Assembly: GCA_963704345.1 (NCBI GenBank)
Contig: OY969890.1
Coordinates: forward strand, 1,210,095-1,274,094
Reading direction: 5' to 3'
Length of the DNA: 64,000 nt
Origin: an uncultured Solirubrobacterales bacterium
Lineage (GTDB): Bacteria > Actinomycetota > Thermoleophilia > Solirubrobacterales > Solirubrobacteraceae
Part shown: piece after piece, positions 49,329 through 62,119 of the stretch
Numbering within the stretch: the stretch's first letter is position 1
How the letters are laid out: the number at the start of each line of letters is the position of its first letter
The notes under the pieces: generated by a model
Told to the model about the DNA's origin: nothing
What the model saw: the letters and a program-made list of their open reading frames with translations, nothing else
The model's database searches: none
Program-made: the position numbers and the translations under genes

Positions 49329-50056
49329 GTGCCGCCCGTCGAACGTTTCGTTCCTAGCTTCGTCGCCGAGCCACCCCAGGAAGGCTTGCCCTATGGGCGC
49401 TGGGCCGAGCGTCTGGAGGAGGAGCTGCTCGCCTGCTGGGCGGCGCTCGACACAGACGGCGCGGAGCTTGGCGAGCCCGGCGAGATCGCCTGGTACCCCG
49501 ACAGGGGCTGGCACGGGCGCCGCTACGTGCCTGCCACCTCGATTACCGCCAACGGCTATGAGCTGTTCGGCTACGTGCGCTTTCTCAGCGGCCTGAATCG
49601 ATGCAGGAGCCGATGGAGCTGACAGCGCGCGGCGACTTCACCGAGGAGACGGCCGAGCGCAACCCCGACTGGAAGCTGGATGTGTGCGACGAGGTGATCG
49701 GCTCCTGGCACGGGCAGAACGGCGCGCTTGCTGCGATGACGCTCGTGTGGGGGCGTCCGCTTGTCGGGGCAGGCCGAGTTGTGACTGCAGAGCTTGGGCG
49801 CACGACCGTCGACCAGTGCCAGCTGATCGAGCAGCGCTTCACCCTGATCGCGCCCGACGATTATCTCTATGACCTGCTCGAGATCAAGCTGTGGGGCGGC
49901 AAAGGCCAGGAGCTTGCTTGCGAGTCGCTGTATGACGAGGCGGAGACCGACGCCGATGCTGATACCGAGCCCGACGCCGACGCCGTCGCCCACTACGAGA
50001 CCGATGCCGAGATCGACGCCGACGAGGATCAACCAACCACCGGGGAGAACCTATGA
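49329..50056 (+). CDS. hypothetical protein, frameshift near 49595, acidic tail
   Basis: Two consecutive high-GC3 ORFs. Confidence 0.65.
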
Positions 50057-50529
50057 CAGAGCGTAGACCTGTGAAGACGGAGCATCACCTCGCGAAGGCG
50101 CTGCACCCCAGCCCGCGCGTGCTCAAGGAGGCGATGGGTGAGGCCGAAGGCTTCAACGCCAAGTTTGCCGTGCTCATAACAAGACTGGTCGGCACGATGT
50201 GGTGTGCCTACCTGTTCGCCGCGATAGCGCTGATCGGCCTCGCCCCGGCGCTCAAACCGGGCGGGGAGGGCATCGTCGCTTGGATAGCGCAGACATTCCT
50301 GCAGCTCGTCCTGCTGTCGGTGATCATGGTCGGCCAGAACGTGCAGAGCCTCGCTGCGGACGCGCGCTCGGCGAACACCTTCAAAGATGCCGAGGAGATC
50401 CTCGACCGACTCGACACACACACGCAAGGGGGCTTGAAGGAAATACTCGATCGCTTGGACGAGATCGCCGGCCCGGCAAAGTCGCCCGCTGCAACGAACC
50501 CGAGCCAGCCTCCGCGGGGCGCGGCCTAA
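50053..50529 (+). CDS. membrane protein (DUF1003-like)
   Basis: VGTMW..., AQTFLQLVLLSVIMVGQN. Confidence 0.75.
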   Translation: MTERRPVKTEHHLAKALHPSPRVLKEAMGEAEGFNAKFAVLITRLVGTMWCAYLFAAIALIGLAPALKPGGEGIVAWIAQTFLQLVLLSVIMVGQNVQSLAADARSANTFKDAEEILDRLDTHTQGGLKEILDRLDEIAGPAKSPAATNPSQPPRGAA

Positions 50530-50536
50530 GCGACTC

Positions 50537-52025
50537 TTACGAGCCGGCGCCGGCCTCGGCGGGGCGCGGGCCGGCCAACGCCCGTCTGGCGCTTGCGTTC
50601 GCGCGGCTGGTCGTGCTGAGTAGACCCAGCGCCATGATCGCCACGCCGCAGCCGACGACCAGCCACCAAACCATGTGGCTGGAGGCGACGAAGTCCGGGC
50701 CGACGCTTGCCGCGCCCGCGGCGGCTATGGCTCCCGCGACGGCCACGCCCAACGTCTGGCCGACCTGACGCGAGGTCGAGGCCACTGCCGCCGCGACTCC
50801 GGCCTGTGCCTCGGGCATGCCCAGCACCGCCGTGTTCGTGATCGGCGGGTTGACCATGCCGAAGCCGATACCGAACAAGAAATAGGCGGGCAGCAGCGCG
50901 GCGATCGAGGTCGTCGCGGCTACTCCTGTCAGCAACAGACCGCCGAGACCGATACCGAGCCCTCCCACCAGCAGCGCCAGGCGCGGCCCGCGGCGACCCA
51001 CGATGCGTCCGGAGAGCGGCGCGAAGAAGAGCGTCATCGCCGCGATCGGCAGCGTGCACAGGCCGGCCGTGAAGGCCGAGAGGTGCGGGACGCGAACCTC
51101 TTGCAAGTACAGCGTGTTGAGGAACAGGAAGGCGCCCAGCGCGGCAAACGCGCAGGATCGCGATGACGCTTGCGCTGGAGAAAGGGACGCTGCGGAAGAA
51201 GCGTGGCTCTATCAGCGGCTCAGAGCGGCGCACCTCATATGGCACGAGCGACGCGAGCGCAGCCGCTGCCAGGGCAAACAGGCCAAGCGTCTGTGCCGAG
51301 AGCCAGCCGGCTGAAGGCGCCTCGATGATCCCGTAGGTAAGCGAGGCGAGCAGCACGATCACCAGCAGCTGACCGACAGGATCGAGGCGTCGCGGCTTTG
51401 GCGCGCGCGACTCCGGGACGAAGCGCATCGTCAGCCCCAGCGCCACCAGACCGACCGGGATGTTGATCCAGAAGATCGCCCGCCAGTCGACGCCGTCGAC
51501 GAGCGCGCCTCCCAGAACTGGCCCCAGCGCGAGGCTGATACCGATAGTGGCGCCCCACATGCCGATCGCCTGTGCTCGCTCGCGCGCGTCGGTGAAGACG
51601 TTGCGGATGATCGACATCGCGACCGGGTTGAGCATCGAGCCACCAACCGCCTGCAGCATGCGAAAGACGATCAGCCAACCGAGGCTTGGCGCGGCGCTGC
51701 ACAGCAGCGAGCCCAAGGTGAACAGCGCCAGCCCTGCCTGGAACACGCGGCGGCGTCCCAGCCGGTCGCCCATCGAGCCGCCCAGCATCAGCAGGCTGGC
51801 CAGCACCAGCGTGTAGGCGTCCACGGTCCACTGCAGCTCCGAGACCGACGCGTGCAGTTCGCGTCCGATCGACGGCAGCGCAACGTTGACGATCGTGTTG
51901 TCCAAGCCCACGATCAAGAGGCTCATACAGCAGATGGCAAGCACCAGGCGCCGGCGCTTACGCGGCAGCTTTTGGGCTTGGGAGGGAGAGGCGGGCGCTT
52001 GGCTCACGCCCTTCAGTCTGCCCAT
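50537..52025 (-). CDS. MFS DHA2-family efflux transporter, frameshift near 51155
   Basis: LDNTIVNVALP, GDRLGRRR, WRAIFWINIPVG. Confidence 0.92.
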
Positions 52026-52159
52026 TGCTGAGGCGCGCTATGCGGCAAGCCCGCGGACTATGGATCCACGCTGACCTGCTCACTGTCCCGCTGGCTCGTG
52101 CTCGTGACGCTCAGGCGCTGATGATCAGGAACGGGCGGGCTAAGGCGCAGGCCCTTTTT

Positions 52160-52410
52160 GACGGAGCCGGCGGAGCCAGCGATCAGGACAGTGCAGGCTG
52201 AGGCGCGAGCCCCGTGGGCAAGGCCATTGGCGACGCCAACGATCAGGACGGTGCAGGCTGAGGCGCGAGCCCCGTGGGCAAGGCCATTGGCGACGCCAAC
52301 GATCAGGACGGTGCAGGCTGAGGCGCGAGCCCCGTGGGCAAGGCCATTGGCGACGCCAACGATCAGGACGGTGCAGGCTGAGGCGCGGGCCCCGTGGGCA
52401 AGGTCGTTGG
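52160..52410. repeat. 60-bp tandem repeat (~4 copies) duplicating the protease 3' end
   Basis: cgatcaggacggtgcaggctgaggcgcgagcccgtgggcaaggccattggcgacgccaa units. Confidence 0.9.
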
Positions 52411-53319
52411 CGGAGCCGGCGGCGTCGTCGGGCGCTTGTAGGCCGCGATCCAGGTCTGCACCCACGAATAGATCGAGCCGACGCTTGCGAACACCGACGG
52501 GTGACGTGTCGAGCAGCGACCGTATACGTGGTCGGCGACGCCAACCTCGATCGGTTCCCCGCCTGGCCCGGAGGCGAGCAGCGGGCCGCCGCTGTCTCCT
52601 TGACACACGCCGGTCGCATAGCTGGGAGGCGTGATCGTGCAGATCTCACTGCGTGCGAAGAAGGGCGGGGCGTTCCGTCCGGCACCATTTGCGTGCTTGC
52701 ACAACCGTCGAGGCCGACTGCAGCTGTTCGGTCAAGGTCGTCTGTTCGAAGGTCGTCTTACCCCAGCCCACGATCGTCGCCGGGGCGCCTGCGGCGAGTC
52801 GCTTGGCCTGCTGGGGACTGGCCAACGTGATCGGGGGAGCGCTGGTCGGCGTTGAGAGCACCAGCAGCGCGACGTCGCCGTTGTCGACCTTGCGCTCCAA
52901 GCCGGGATAGACGATCACGCCGAGAACCGTCGAGACGAGGTCACCCGGCTGCAGCGGATCGACGGCGCCAGTCACCACGCGAAAGCCAGACGCGTTGAAG
53001 TGGGCTCCAGTTTGCATGTTCTCGGCGCAGTGGCCCGCCGTCAGGACCAGGCTGGGGGCGATGACTGTGCCAGTGCACTGGTAGGCGAGCTGCCCTTGGA
53101 AGTCGACGACGTAGGCGAGCGAAGGGAACGTGCCGGTCTGAGCGCTCGCGCCGCCGATGATCGCCGTCGCGGGCGGAGCGGAGTCGTCAGGGTCGCAGCC
53201 GACAAAACCGCGACCAACAGAAGCGCTGGCCTCAGAGCGTGTCGCAAAGCCTGCCCCAAACGGTCCCCGAGCTGAGCAGCCGGCAAATGGGGTGAGCTCT
53301 TGGTTGGAATGGAGGGCAT
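52363..53319 (-). CDS. secreted trypsin-like (S1) serine protease, frameshifted
   Basis: IIGG, CTGTVIAPSLVLTAGHC, DVALL, CQGDSGGP. Confidence 0.88.
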
Positions 53320-53650
53320 CGTCTCAGGTAGCGCGGTCCTGCGCAGCTCTTCATCGGCACGGATCAGCGGCGGTTTTAGCGCTAATTGGAATCCTCACGA
53401 CCAAAGAACACAGCAAACGCAGAACAAGATCGGTGACAGCATCAAGCGGCGGCGAAGATTTGCCGAATAACCTTTATATGCGCTATCGACGAGAGCTGGG
53501 CGAAAGCACCATGGAGGTTGCGAGACCTCACACGAGCGCTGTACCAGGCGCTCAGACAGACGAAGAGACGACGCTGAGGGTGGAAGACAAGCGTGGCAGG
53601 CGCCCAAGCAGACGCCATCGTGCGACCAAGCAGTTGCACGGTGGCTCAAC

Positions 53651-55149
53651 GATGCAGCAGCCTGTCTACGGCGGCGCGCCTATTGAGCAGCCGCGCGAGA
53701 GAGTGACCGCGGAGCGCACCCGCCTGAGCCTAGCCCCGTTTGCCGCCGCCGCGGGGCTGGCGGCGATCGTCGCGCTTATCGCGACAAAAGTTGACTGGGC
53801 CGAGTATTTGGCCGCCATCGCGTTGGGCGTGCTCGCCGGCCTGGTACGGCTGATACCGGTGCGAGGACGCACTTGCCAAGGCAAGAGAGATTCCGCCATC
53901 GCTGATCTTCCTTGCGGCCGTCGCTTGTCTGCGCAGCGCCGCCGGCGGGGCGAACTCGGGGATCGCGGTCGTTGCCTTGCTTCCCGTGTTCTGGACCGCC
54001 CTGTACGGTGACCGTAGTCCAACTGTGCGTGGTGACGGTAGCGATGGCTGTCTTCTTTCTCGCGCCGCTCGTGCTTATCGGCGGCCCGGCATATCCCGCG
54101 ACCCAATATCGGGCCGCGGTGCTGTTCTTGGCGGTTGGCACGATCATCGGCTTCACCACCCAATGGCTTGTGTCCGAAGTGCGCTACCAAGCCAACGAGG
54201 CCGAGCAACGCGAACAGGCGCTCGAGCAAGTCGCGGCAGTGATGCGGGGAATGTCGAACAGCCCGCATGCCCGAGACAGAGGTGTGTGAGGCTGCGCGAT
54301 CGATCGGGAAGGCCAGCTTTGCTCTTCTGTACGAGCCCACCGGCAAGTCGGGCGCCTTGCGCACGACGGCGATGGCGGGGATCGAGCTGCCTCCTTTAGA
54401 GATCGTCCCAGGCAAGCGCTCGGCGACCGGCCAGGCCTTCGTCTCGAGACGCTCATTCCTGTGGCACGAGGGCAGCGCGCCCGCAAGCTTCGACCAGGAC
54501 CTGTGGCGGATTCTTGGCCGACCAGCTTCGATGCTGTTCGAGCCCGTCTTTAGCGGCAAGGAACCGGTCGGCGTGCTCGTCGTGGGCTGGCCTCAGAAGA
54601 TCCGCGCCGGCGGCACGCGCGCCACTTTGATCACGCTGCTGGCGCACGAGATCGCCGTGGCGATCAAGCGCGCCGACCTGCTCTCGCAGCTGACCGATAT
54701 GGCCAGCACCGACTCGCTGACCGGACTGCCCAATCGTCGTGCCTGGGAGACCAACCTCGACCGTGCGCTGCTCGAGGGCGAGCCGTTCGTCTTGGCGATG
54801 CTCGACCTCGATCACTTCAAGGACTTCAACGACTCGCGCGGGCATCCGGCCGGAGACCGCCTGCTCAAGGAGACCGCGGTGGCCTGGCGCGAGGAGCTGC
54901 GCAGCGGCGACTTCCTGGCCCGCATCGGCGGCGAGGAGTTCGCGCTGCTGCTGCCGCACTGCGCTACCGACGACGCCCTCACGGTCGTCGACCGGTCTGC
55001 GCGGACGGGTGCGATACGCGCAGACCTGCTCGGCTGGCATCGTCGTGCAGGAGCCCGGGGAGTCTGCCGAAGACTTGATGATGCGTGTCGATGAGGCGCT
55101 CTACGCTGCCAAGACGAGCGGCCGCGATCGAGTCTCACTCGCAGTGTAA
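53651..55149 (+). CDS. membrane sensor diguanylate cyclase (TM-GAF-GGDEF), frameshifted
   Basis: TDSLTGLPNRR, DLDHFK, GHPAGD, RIGGEEF. Confidence 0.88.
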
Positions 55150-55252
55150 AACGCACCTCGGGACGACCAGGAAAACGGATCCGTTTCAGCAGAGCCAGGA
55201 GCACCGTCGAAGGACCTGTACCGTCGGTAGAGCCTGAGCCCAAGTCCCACTC

Positions 55253-55750
55253 TCACGAAGAGGGCGAGCGCAGCGGTCGCAGTGCTGCCTCCACGCGCAC
55301 GAGCTCCGCAAGCATCGCCTCGGCTGAGCTCTCCATCGTCTCGTTTGCCTGAACCTGACCGTCATCGTCGATGAGCCTGGCGACAAACGGAATCGATACC
55401 GCCTCGGTCAGCGGCGTCATCTTCAGCGTCGTCACAACCTGCTTGATCATCTGCGCTGCGCGCGTGCCGGCTGCGACGCCGCCGTAGGAGACCAAACCGA
55501 CCGGCTTGTACAACCACTCCTGGTGCAGGTAGTCGATCGCGTTCTTCAAGGGGGCGTTGAATCCATAGTTGTACTCGGGCATCACAAACACGAAGGCATC
55601 CGCCGCTTCAACCTTCGCGCTCCAATCCTTGGTGTGTTGTTGGGTGTACTGGCGCAAGCGCGGATGGTTGGGCTCATCCACGAAAGGTAGATCGATCTCG
55701 GCGAGATCGGCGACCTCCACGTCGAAGCCGCCATGTGCCCGCGCACGGTG
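55253..55750 (-). pseudogene. NADPH-dependent FMN reductase missing its N-terminal FMN-binding loop
   Basis: PEYNYG, LKNAID, SYGG present; AGGAAGGAG RBS leads straight into ARAHGGFD with no GSTR motif. Confidence 0.7.
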
Positions 55751-55767
55751 TGCTCCTTCCTGGTTGG

Positions 55768-57302
<1,535 letters not shown>

Positions 57303-57314
57303 CGGTCTCTCCCT

Positions 57315-57773
57315 TCAGCGACCCGGCAGCCGCGTCGTGATCTCCTGGAGCAGCCAGCCGTTGCCATCCGGATCGCTAAAGGTCGCGAACGAGCCGTAGG
57401 TACCGTGGTCAGGCGCCGGCCCGGGCAAGCGACCAGGGTCGTGGAACCGAGCTCCCAGCGCGCGCTCGTGGAACACCTCGCTCACCTCCACGCCGCGTGC
57501 CAGCAGATCCTCACGCGCCGCCTCGATATCGGAGACGCTCAGGTAGACGCTCTCCGCCGAACCGGGCTCGGTGGATGTGACGTTAGTGCCAAATTGAATG
57601 GAGCACCCAGAGCCAGGCGGCGTGAACTGGACCAGGTGCAAGTCCCCATCCGCAGTCACGTCCGCGTCGAGTCTCCAACCCAGACCTTCATAGAAAGCCT
57701 TTGCCCGATCTACATCCGAGACCGGCACCACCACGACCTCTAGCTTGAACTCACCGGACTGGATATTGCTCAT
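57315..57773 (-). CDS. VOC/glyoxalase family protein
   Basis: VSDVDRAKAFY, QFTPPGS, DPDGNGWLLQE. Confidence 0.9.
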   Translation of the reverse strand: MSNIQSGEFKLEVVVVPVSDVDRAKAFYEGLGWRLDADVTADGDLHLVQFTPPGSGCSIQFGTNVTSTEPGSAESVYLSVSDIEAAREDLLARGVEVSEVFHERALGARFHDPGRLPGPAPDHGTYGSFATFSDPDGNGWLLQEITTRLPGR

Positions 57774-57962
57774 ATCGCCTCCACGATCCCGTCGGGTTGC
57801 GCATACTTTCCTCTCATCCGAGCAGAAGTCAAGGCCGTCCCGAGCAGCGCGTGGCGAGTCCGGCGACGCTGAAAAGCGAACCCGCTTTGTGGCCATCTCA
57901 CCAGGCATGCGCGCGACGCTGGGATCGATGCCAGGAACCGAAACCGACCTGCGGATGCCAAC

Positions 57963-58688
57963 ATGAGCAGCATCGTCGTGAGCAACAACGAGAAAGTCGT
58001 GCTCGTCACCGGCGCCTCGCAGGGCATCGGCGCCGGTCTCACGAGGGCATACCGTGAGCTCGGGTATGCCGTGATCGCCACCGCTCGATCGATCGGGCCG
58101 TCAGAGGACTCTGGCATCGTTGCCGTCGAGGGCGACATCGCCGACCCTGATACCGCGCAGCGCATCGTGGACGCGGCGATCGAGCGCTTCGGTCGGATCG
58201 ACACCCTGATCAACAACGCTGGGATCTACATCGGCAAGCCCTTCACGGACTACACCCTCGAGGACTTCAACGCCCTGATCGCCGTCAACCTCGCCGGCTT
58301 CTTTCACATGACGACCCGCACGATCAAACAGATGCTCGACCAGGGCCGTGGGCATGTGGTCAATGTTTCGACGACGCTTGTCGAGCAGGCGGACAGCAAC
58401 AGACCGGCCGCACTGCAAACGCTGACCAAGGGAGGCCTGGTCGCGGTCACCAAATCGCTCGCGATCGAGTACGCCTCACGTGGCATACGGGTAAACGCCC
58501 TGTCGCTTGGCGTGATTAAAACGGCGGTACATGAGGAGAGTTCCTACGCGGGGATGGGCGCGTTGCACCCCATCGGTCGGGTGGGCGAGATCGAGGACGT
58601 GGTCGATGGAGTCCTATATCTCGAGTCGGCGCCTTTCGTGACCGGGGAGATCTTGCACATCGACGGCGGCCAAAGCGCAGGACACTGA
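57963..58688 (+). CDS. SDR family oxidoreductase
   Basis: TGASQGIG, INNAG, GIRVN, VTGEILHIDGG. Confidence 0.92.
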   Translation: MSSIVVSNNEKVVLVTGASQGIGAGLTRAYRELGYAVIATARSIGPSEDSGIVAVEGDIADPDTAQRIVDAAIERFGRIDTLINNAGIYIGKPFTDYTLEDFNALIAVNLAGFFHMTTRTIKQMLDQGRGHVVNVSTTLVEQADSNRPAALQTLTKGGLVAVTKSLAIEYASRGIRVNALSLGVIKTAVHEESSYAGMGALHPIGRVGEIEDVVDGVLYLESAPFVTGEILHIDGGQSAGH

Positions 58689-58720
58689 ATATTGAGTCAA
58701 TTCCAACAACCGAGGTCACT

Positions 58721-59152
58721 ATGAGCAACATCAATGAGGAGATGGTCTTGGGTCACTTCATCGTTTCAGATGATGTCGAGCGTTCCCGCCGCTTCTACAC
58801 CGAGGTACTTGGCGGGAAGACAGTCATCTCCGGCGAGGCGGGCGACGACGTGACGTACGTCGCGCTAGCCAACAGCTGGATCATCATCAACGTCGGAGGC
58901 GGGCCCACGGACGACAAGCCGACCGTTACGCTCGAGGCGCCGCCCGACCCAGATCGGGTAAGCAGCTTCCTCAACATCCGGGTTGCGGACATCCAAGCGG
59001 TGTACGCCGAGTGGAGCGCGCGGGGCGCCCACTTCCTGACGCCGCCGAAGCAACACGAGACCGAGATCCGCTGCTACATCCGCGACCCCGACGGCTACAT
59101 CATCGAGGTGGGTCAAACAACACTGGCCAGAGGTTGGCGTCCACCGTCTTGA
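58721..59152 (+). CDS. VOC family protein
   Basis: DDVERSRRFY, RDPDGYIIEV. Confidence 0.88.
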   Translation: MSNINEEMVLGHFIVSDDVERSRRFYTEVLGGKTVISGEAGDDVTYVALANSWIIINVGGGPTDDKPTVTLEAPPDPDRVSSFLNIRVADIQAVYAEWSARGAHFLTPPKQHETEIRCYIRDPDGYIIEVGQTTLARGWRPPS

Positions 59153-59259
59153 TCACACGTTGCCCCGGCCGTCGCACCTGCAGGCGGGTGTATACGTTCG
59201 GGCATGTCCGGGGGACCGTCCACCGTCGACGTGACGGATCTCGCTGCTGAACTCGACAT

Positions 59260-59724
59260 TCACTCGGGCTCCCCGCCGGCCGTACTCGACAGCCACTGAG
59301 GGGGCGTCCAGTCCCCCTCTGGGTCCGTGGTCTGCCCCACCTCGATCAGATGACCGTCGGGATCGCGAATGTAGCAACGGATCTCGTAGGGGTGCTGCTT
59401 TGGCGGCGTCAGGAAATCAGCACCACGGGCGCTCCATTCGGCGTACACGGTCTCGATGTCCTTGACCCGGATATTGAGGAAGCTGCTGACCCGGTCGAGG
59501 TCGCGTGGCGTCTCCAGGGTGACCGCAGGCTTGTCGTCAGTCGGGCCTCCTCCCCGATTAATGACGATCCAGCTGTTGGCGAGCATGACGTTGGTCGGTT
59601 CGCCGGAACGGACCACCGTGCCGCCGAGCACGTCGGTGTAGAAGCGCCGAGAGCGCTCGACGTCGTCCGAGACGATGAAGTGGGTCAGCACGATTCCCTC
59701 TGGCGGCGTTCTCAGTTCGGCCAT
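59260..59724 (-). CDS. VOC family protein (close paralog of 58721-59152)
   Basis: DDVERSRRFY, RDPDGHLIEV. Confidence 0.88.
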   Translation of the reverse strand: MAELRTPPEGIVLTHFIVSDDVERSRRFYTDVLGGTVVRSGEPTNVMLANSWIVINRGGGPTDDKPAVTLETPRDLDRVSSFLNIRVKDIETVYAEWSARGADFLTPPKQHPYEIRCYIRDPDGHLIEVGQTTDPEGDWTPPQWLSSTAGGEPE

Positions 59725-59859
59725 CTGAACCTCCACTAGTTAGATATAGATCGACATTTCGATTTTGACGGTAAATCGATAAGTGTGGTAAGGCTGCTGC
59801 TATCCAGATTGCTGGAAGCTAGGGCTTGATGTGCTTACTGCGCTGGCTCACGTAACGTC

Positions 59860-60393
59860 TTATCGGAGTTCGATGCCGTGACGGCGCAGCCAGGCGTGTG
59901 TACTGTCGATGAGCCTTGGAAGCGCTTGGCGGAGCCGCTCGACGGCGGCGCGCACTTCCTCGGCGTCAACATCCGGTGATGCGTGCTCGAGCCGGCCCTC
60001 CAGGACGTAGATCTCGTTCAGCAGCGCGGCTTGGTCTTTGCTCAGCCCTCTGTCAGCCACTAGTGCCTGAATGACTTGATCGGCGTGTGGGCGACGGTAT
60101 GGGAGCAAGCCGATCAGGCGGGATCCAGCGGCGGCCTTGAGAATCTCGACATAGGCGTTGAGCACGGCCGAGTGATCGCCGGTGACGACCATCGTGCGAT
60201 TGGCGTCGCGGGGCTCGTCGGACTGAAAAGCTCTCCTCCATTCTGCCGGGTCGAGGCGGCCCGCGAAGTTCTCCTCGATCGCCATGTCGAGCGCCTTGCG
60301 ATGCTTGTTGATGGTCTGAAAGAAGCGAGCCAACCGTGCTTGCTCCGCGGCGAGCGCCTTGCTCCCCAGCTTGTCGAGCAGGTCTTCGCTCAC
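59860..60393 (-). CDS. divergent HepT/DUF86-like helical protein
   Basis: Coupled downstream of MNT; EGRLEHASPDVD resembles RNxLxHxYxxVD. Confidence 0.6.
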   Translation of the reverse strand: MSEDLLDKLGSKALAAEQARLARFFQTINKHRKALDMAIEENFAGRLDPAEWRRAFQSDEPRDANRTMVVTGDHSAVLNAYVEILKAAAGSRLIGLLPYRRPHADQVIQALVADRGLSKDQAALLNEIYVLEGRLEHASPDVDAEEVRAAVERLRQALPRLIDSTHAWLRRHGIELR

Positions 60394-60941
60394 GCAGTCA
60401 ACTCCTTGATCGCCAAGGCGGCGTCAGCCATATGGCGATTGTGGGCGCGGCGGGCGCGAGCGGCGATGAGAGAGTGGCTCTCGCACAGTCGATCCCATTG
60501 TCCATCGCGGTCGATCAGGACGCGGCCCTCGTCAAGGACGCGATCCAGCAGAAGCGGCGCCTTGGCCTCTACCCGCTCCAGCTGGGCGACATCGACACGG
60601 CGAGCACTGACGCGCCCAAGACGAGTGGCAAGCTCGTAACCCGCCGATAGGCGATCGTCAGCGAACGAGACCAGGAGGTCCAAATCAGATCCCTCATCCG
60701 CGTCGCCTCGCGCGAGTGAGCCATAGAGCACAGCCAGCCTCACGCGATGCTCGGTGCGCATGGCCTGACGAAGCGCGGATAGAAGCGGCCAATAGGCATG
60801 GAGGTACTCGCGCTCGCCAGGCGCCAGCCACGGCCGGCGCGGTCCAAGTCGGCCAGCGCGTAGCGCGCCCTGAGACATAGCGCGGCGCAAGGTGCGCTCC
60901 TGAACTTCGAGATCGGCTGCCAGCTCCTGAATCACGCCCAT
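60390..60941 (-). CDS. minimal nucleotidyltransferase (MntA-like) with N-terminal HTH
   Basis: LYGSLARG...SDLDLLV, RVDVA; ELAADLEVQERTLRR. Confidence 0.85.
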   Translation of the reverse strand: MGVIQELAADLEVQERTLRRAMSQGALRAGRLGPRRPWLAPGEREYLHAYWPLLSALRQAMRTEHRVRLAVLYGSLARGDADEGSDLDLLVSFADDRLSAGYELATRLGRVSARRVDVAQLERVEAKAPLLLDRVLDEGRVLIDRDGQWDRLCESHSLIAARARRAHNRHMADAALAIKELTA

Positions 60942-61154
60942 ACTGGAGAAGCTACCACGCTGTATGTCCGTTACGCACAGAATCCGCTGCCGGTACGGCA
61001 CTTCTCACGTAGCACGGTGACGATGAGTGCACGCCGAAGCTCGACCTCCCTTGGGCGCCCAGGCAGGTCCGAGTCGAGCCAGGAACCATGATCTCTTTTC
61101 TTCTCGGGCGGTAACCTCGAGCGTAGACCGACCCGCTCATTTGCAGGCAAAAAG

Positions 61155-61200
61155 TGCCCCCGCCAGGAGGCGAACCTGGATCTACCGCTTAGGAGGACGA
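61155..61200 (-). repeat. tRNA-Arg(CCT) 3'-half att repeat, copy 1
   Basis: Reverse complement CTCCTAAGCGGTAGATCCAGGTTCGCCTCCTGGCGGGGGCA (anticodon loop to discriminator). Confidence 0.88.
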
Positions 61201-61403
61201 CCGGCAATATCGCCGAATCGCCCCGTAATCACTAGGCGTGGCAACGTTTTTCGACCGTTCTCGGTCGCGCGCGATACTTGGCGATACGGGCAGATTCGGC
61301 TGGGTTTAGGCAGAGATTTGGGGTTGCTGCCTAAACCCGCGGAGACACATGGACAGGCCGCGTACTACCTGAGACGCCGAGAGGCCCAGGTAGAATTGGA
61401 TCT

Positions 61404-61736
61404 GTGAGTACCGACCCGATCGACCGGCCGAGGATCGCGCACGAGGTCGCGCTGGAGTTGCGCGACATCTATGGGGCTCGCCTCAGAGACGTCGTGCTCT
61501 ACGGCTCGTCCGCTCGGGGTGACGCCCAGCCCGACTCAGACATCGATCTGCTGGTCGTCCTCGACGAGGTTCCCTCGCGTCGCCGCGAGCTGGCACGCAT
61601 GAGCGACGTCCTATGGCGCCACTCGCTCTCCAACGACGTCGTCCTCTCCGAGATCCCCATATCAGTGAACGAGTACCAGGATCATCGCGTCCCTCTGCTC
61701 GAGAGGGTACGTGCCGAGGGCGTCTCTGTAGCGTGA
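61404..61736 (+). CDS. minimal nucleotidyltransferase (MNT)
   Basis: VVLYGSSARG...SDIDLLVV, VRAEGV. Confidence 0.9.
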   Translation: MSTDPIDRPRIAHEVALELRDIYGARLRDVVLYGSSARGDAQPDSDIDLLVVLDEVPSRRRELARMSDVLWRHSLSNDVVLSEIPISVNEYQDHRVPLLERVRAEGVSVA

Positions 61737-62119
61737 GCAAGGATCGCGGCGAAGCACTAATCGCACGCGGCGACACGGAGTTGCTCGCCGCGCGTCACCT
61801 CGAGGAGGCCGGCTTCTCGGCCCAGGCAACCTCCCGCGCTTACTATGCCGCCTTTTATGCGGCGGAGGCTGCGCTCTTGAGCCTTGGCGAGACTCGCTCC
61901 AAGCATTCGGGGGTACTGTCAGCCTTTGGGCTACTCGTAGTCAAGCAGGGTGGCTTTGACCCGAAGCTTGCCGCTGAGTTGCGAAGACTGTTCGAGCTGC
62001 GCAGCATCGCTGACTACATGTTGCTCGACGATATCGAACCCGACGAATACGATCCGATCGACGCGGGGCGCCGGTTCGTGGAGGGTGTAAAGCGTTGGCT
62101 CGGTGGATCAGCTACCTGA
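61733..62119 (+). CDS. HEPN domain protein
   Basis: SRAYYAAFYAA, SKHSGV, LRSIADY; GTGA overlap with MNT. Confidence 0.9.
   Translation: MSKDRGEALIARGDTELLAARHLEEAGFSAQATSRAYYAAFYAAEAALLSLGETRSKHSGVLSAFGLLVVKQGGFDPKLAAELRRLFELRSIADYMLLDDIEPDEYDPIDAGRRFVEGVKRWLGGSAT

Noticed and set aside
52160-52410. 60-bp periodic repeat as a CRISPR array
   Set aside because: Whole units are near-identical with no unique spacers, and no cas genes are present.
2440-55000. More than a dozen frameshifted genes (hemC, cobA/hemD, gabD, galT, helicase, integrase, DUF2600 and others) as pseudogenes or programmed frameshifts
   Set aside because: Small indels spread evenly, including in housekeeping genes, with otherwise intact motifs; most consistent with sequencing error.
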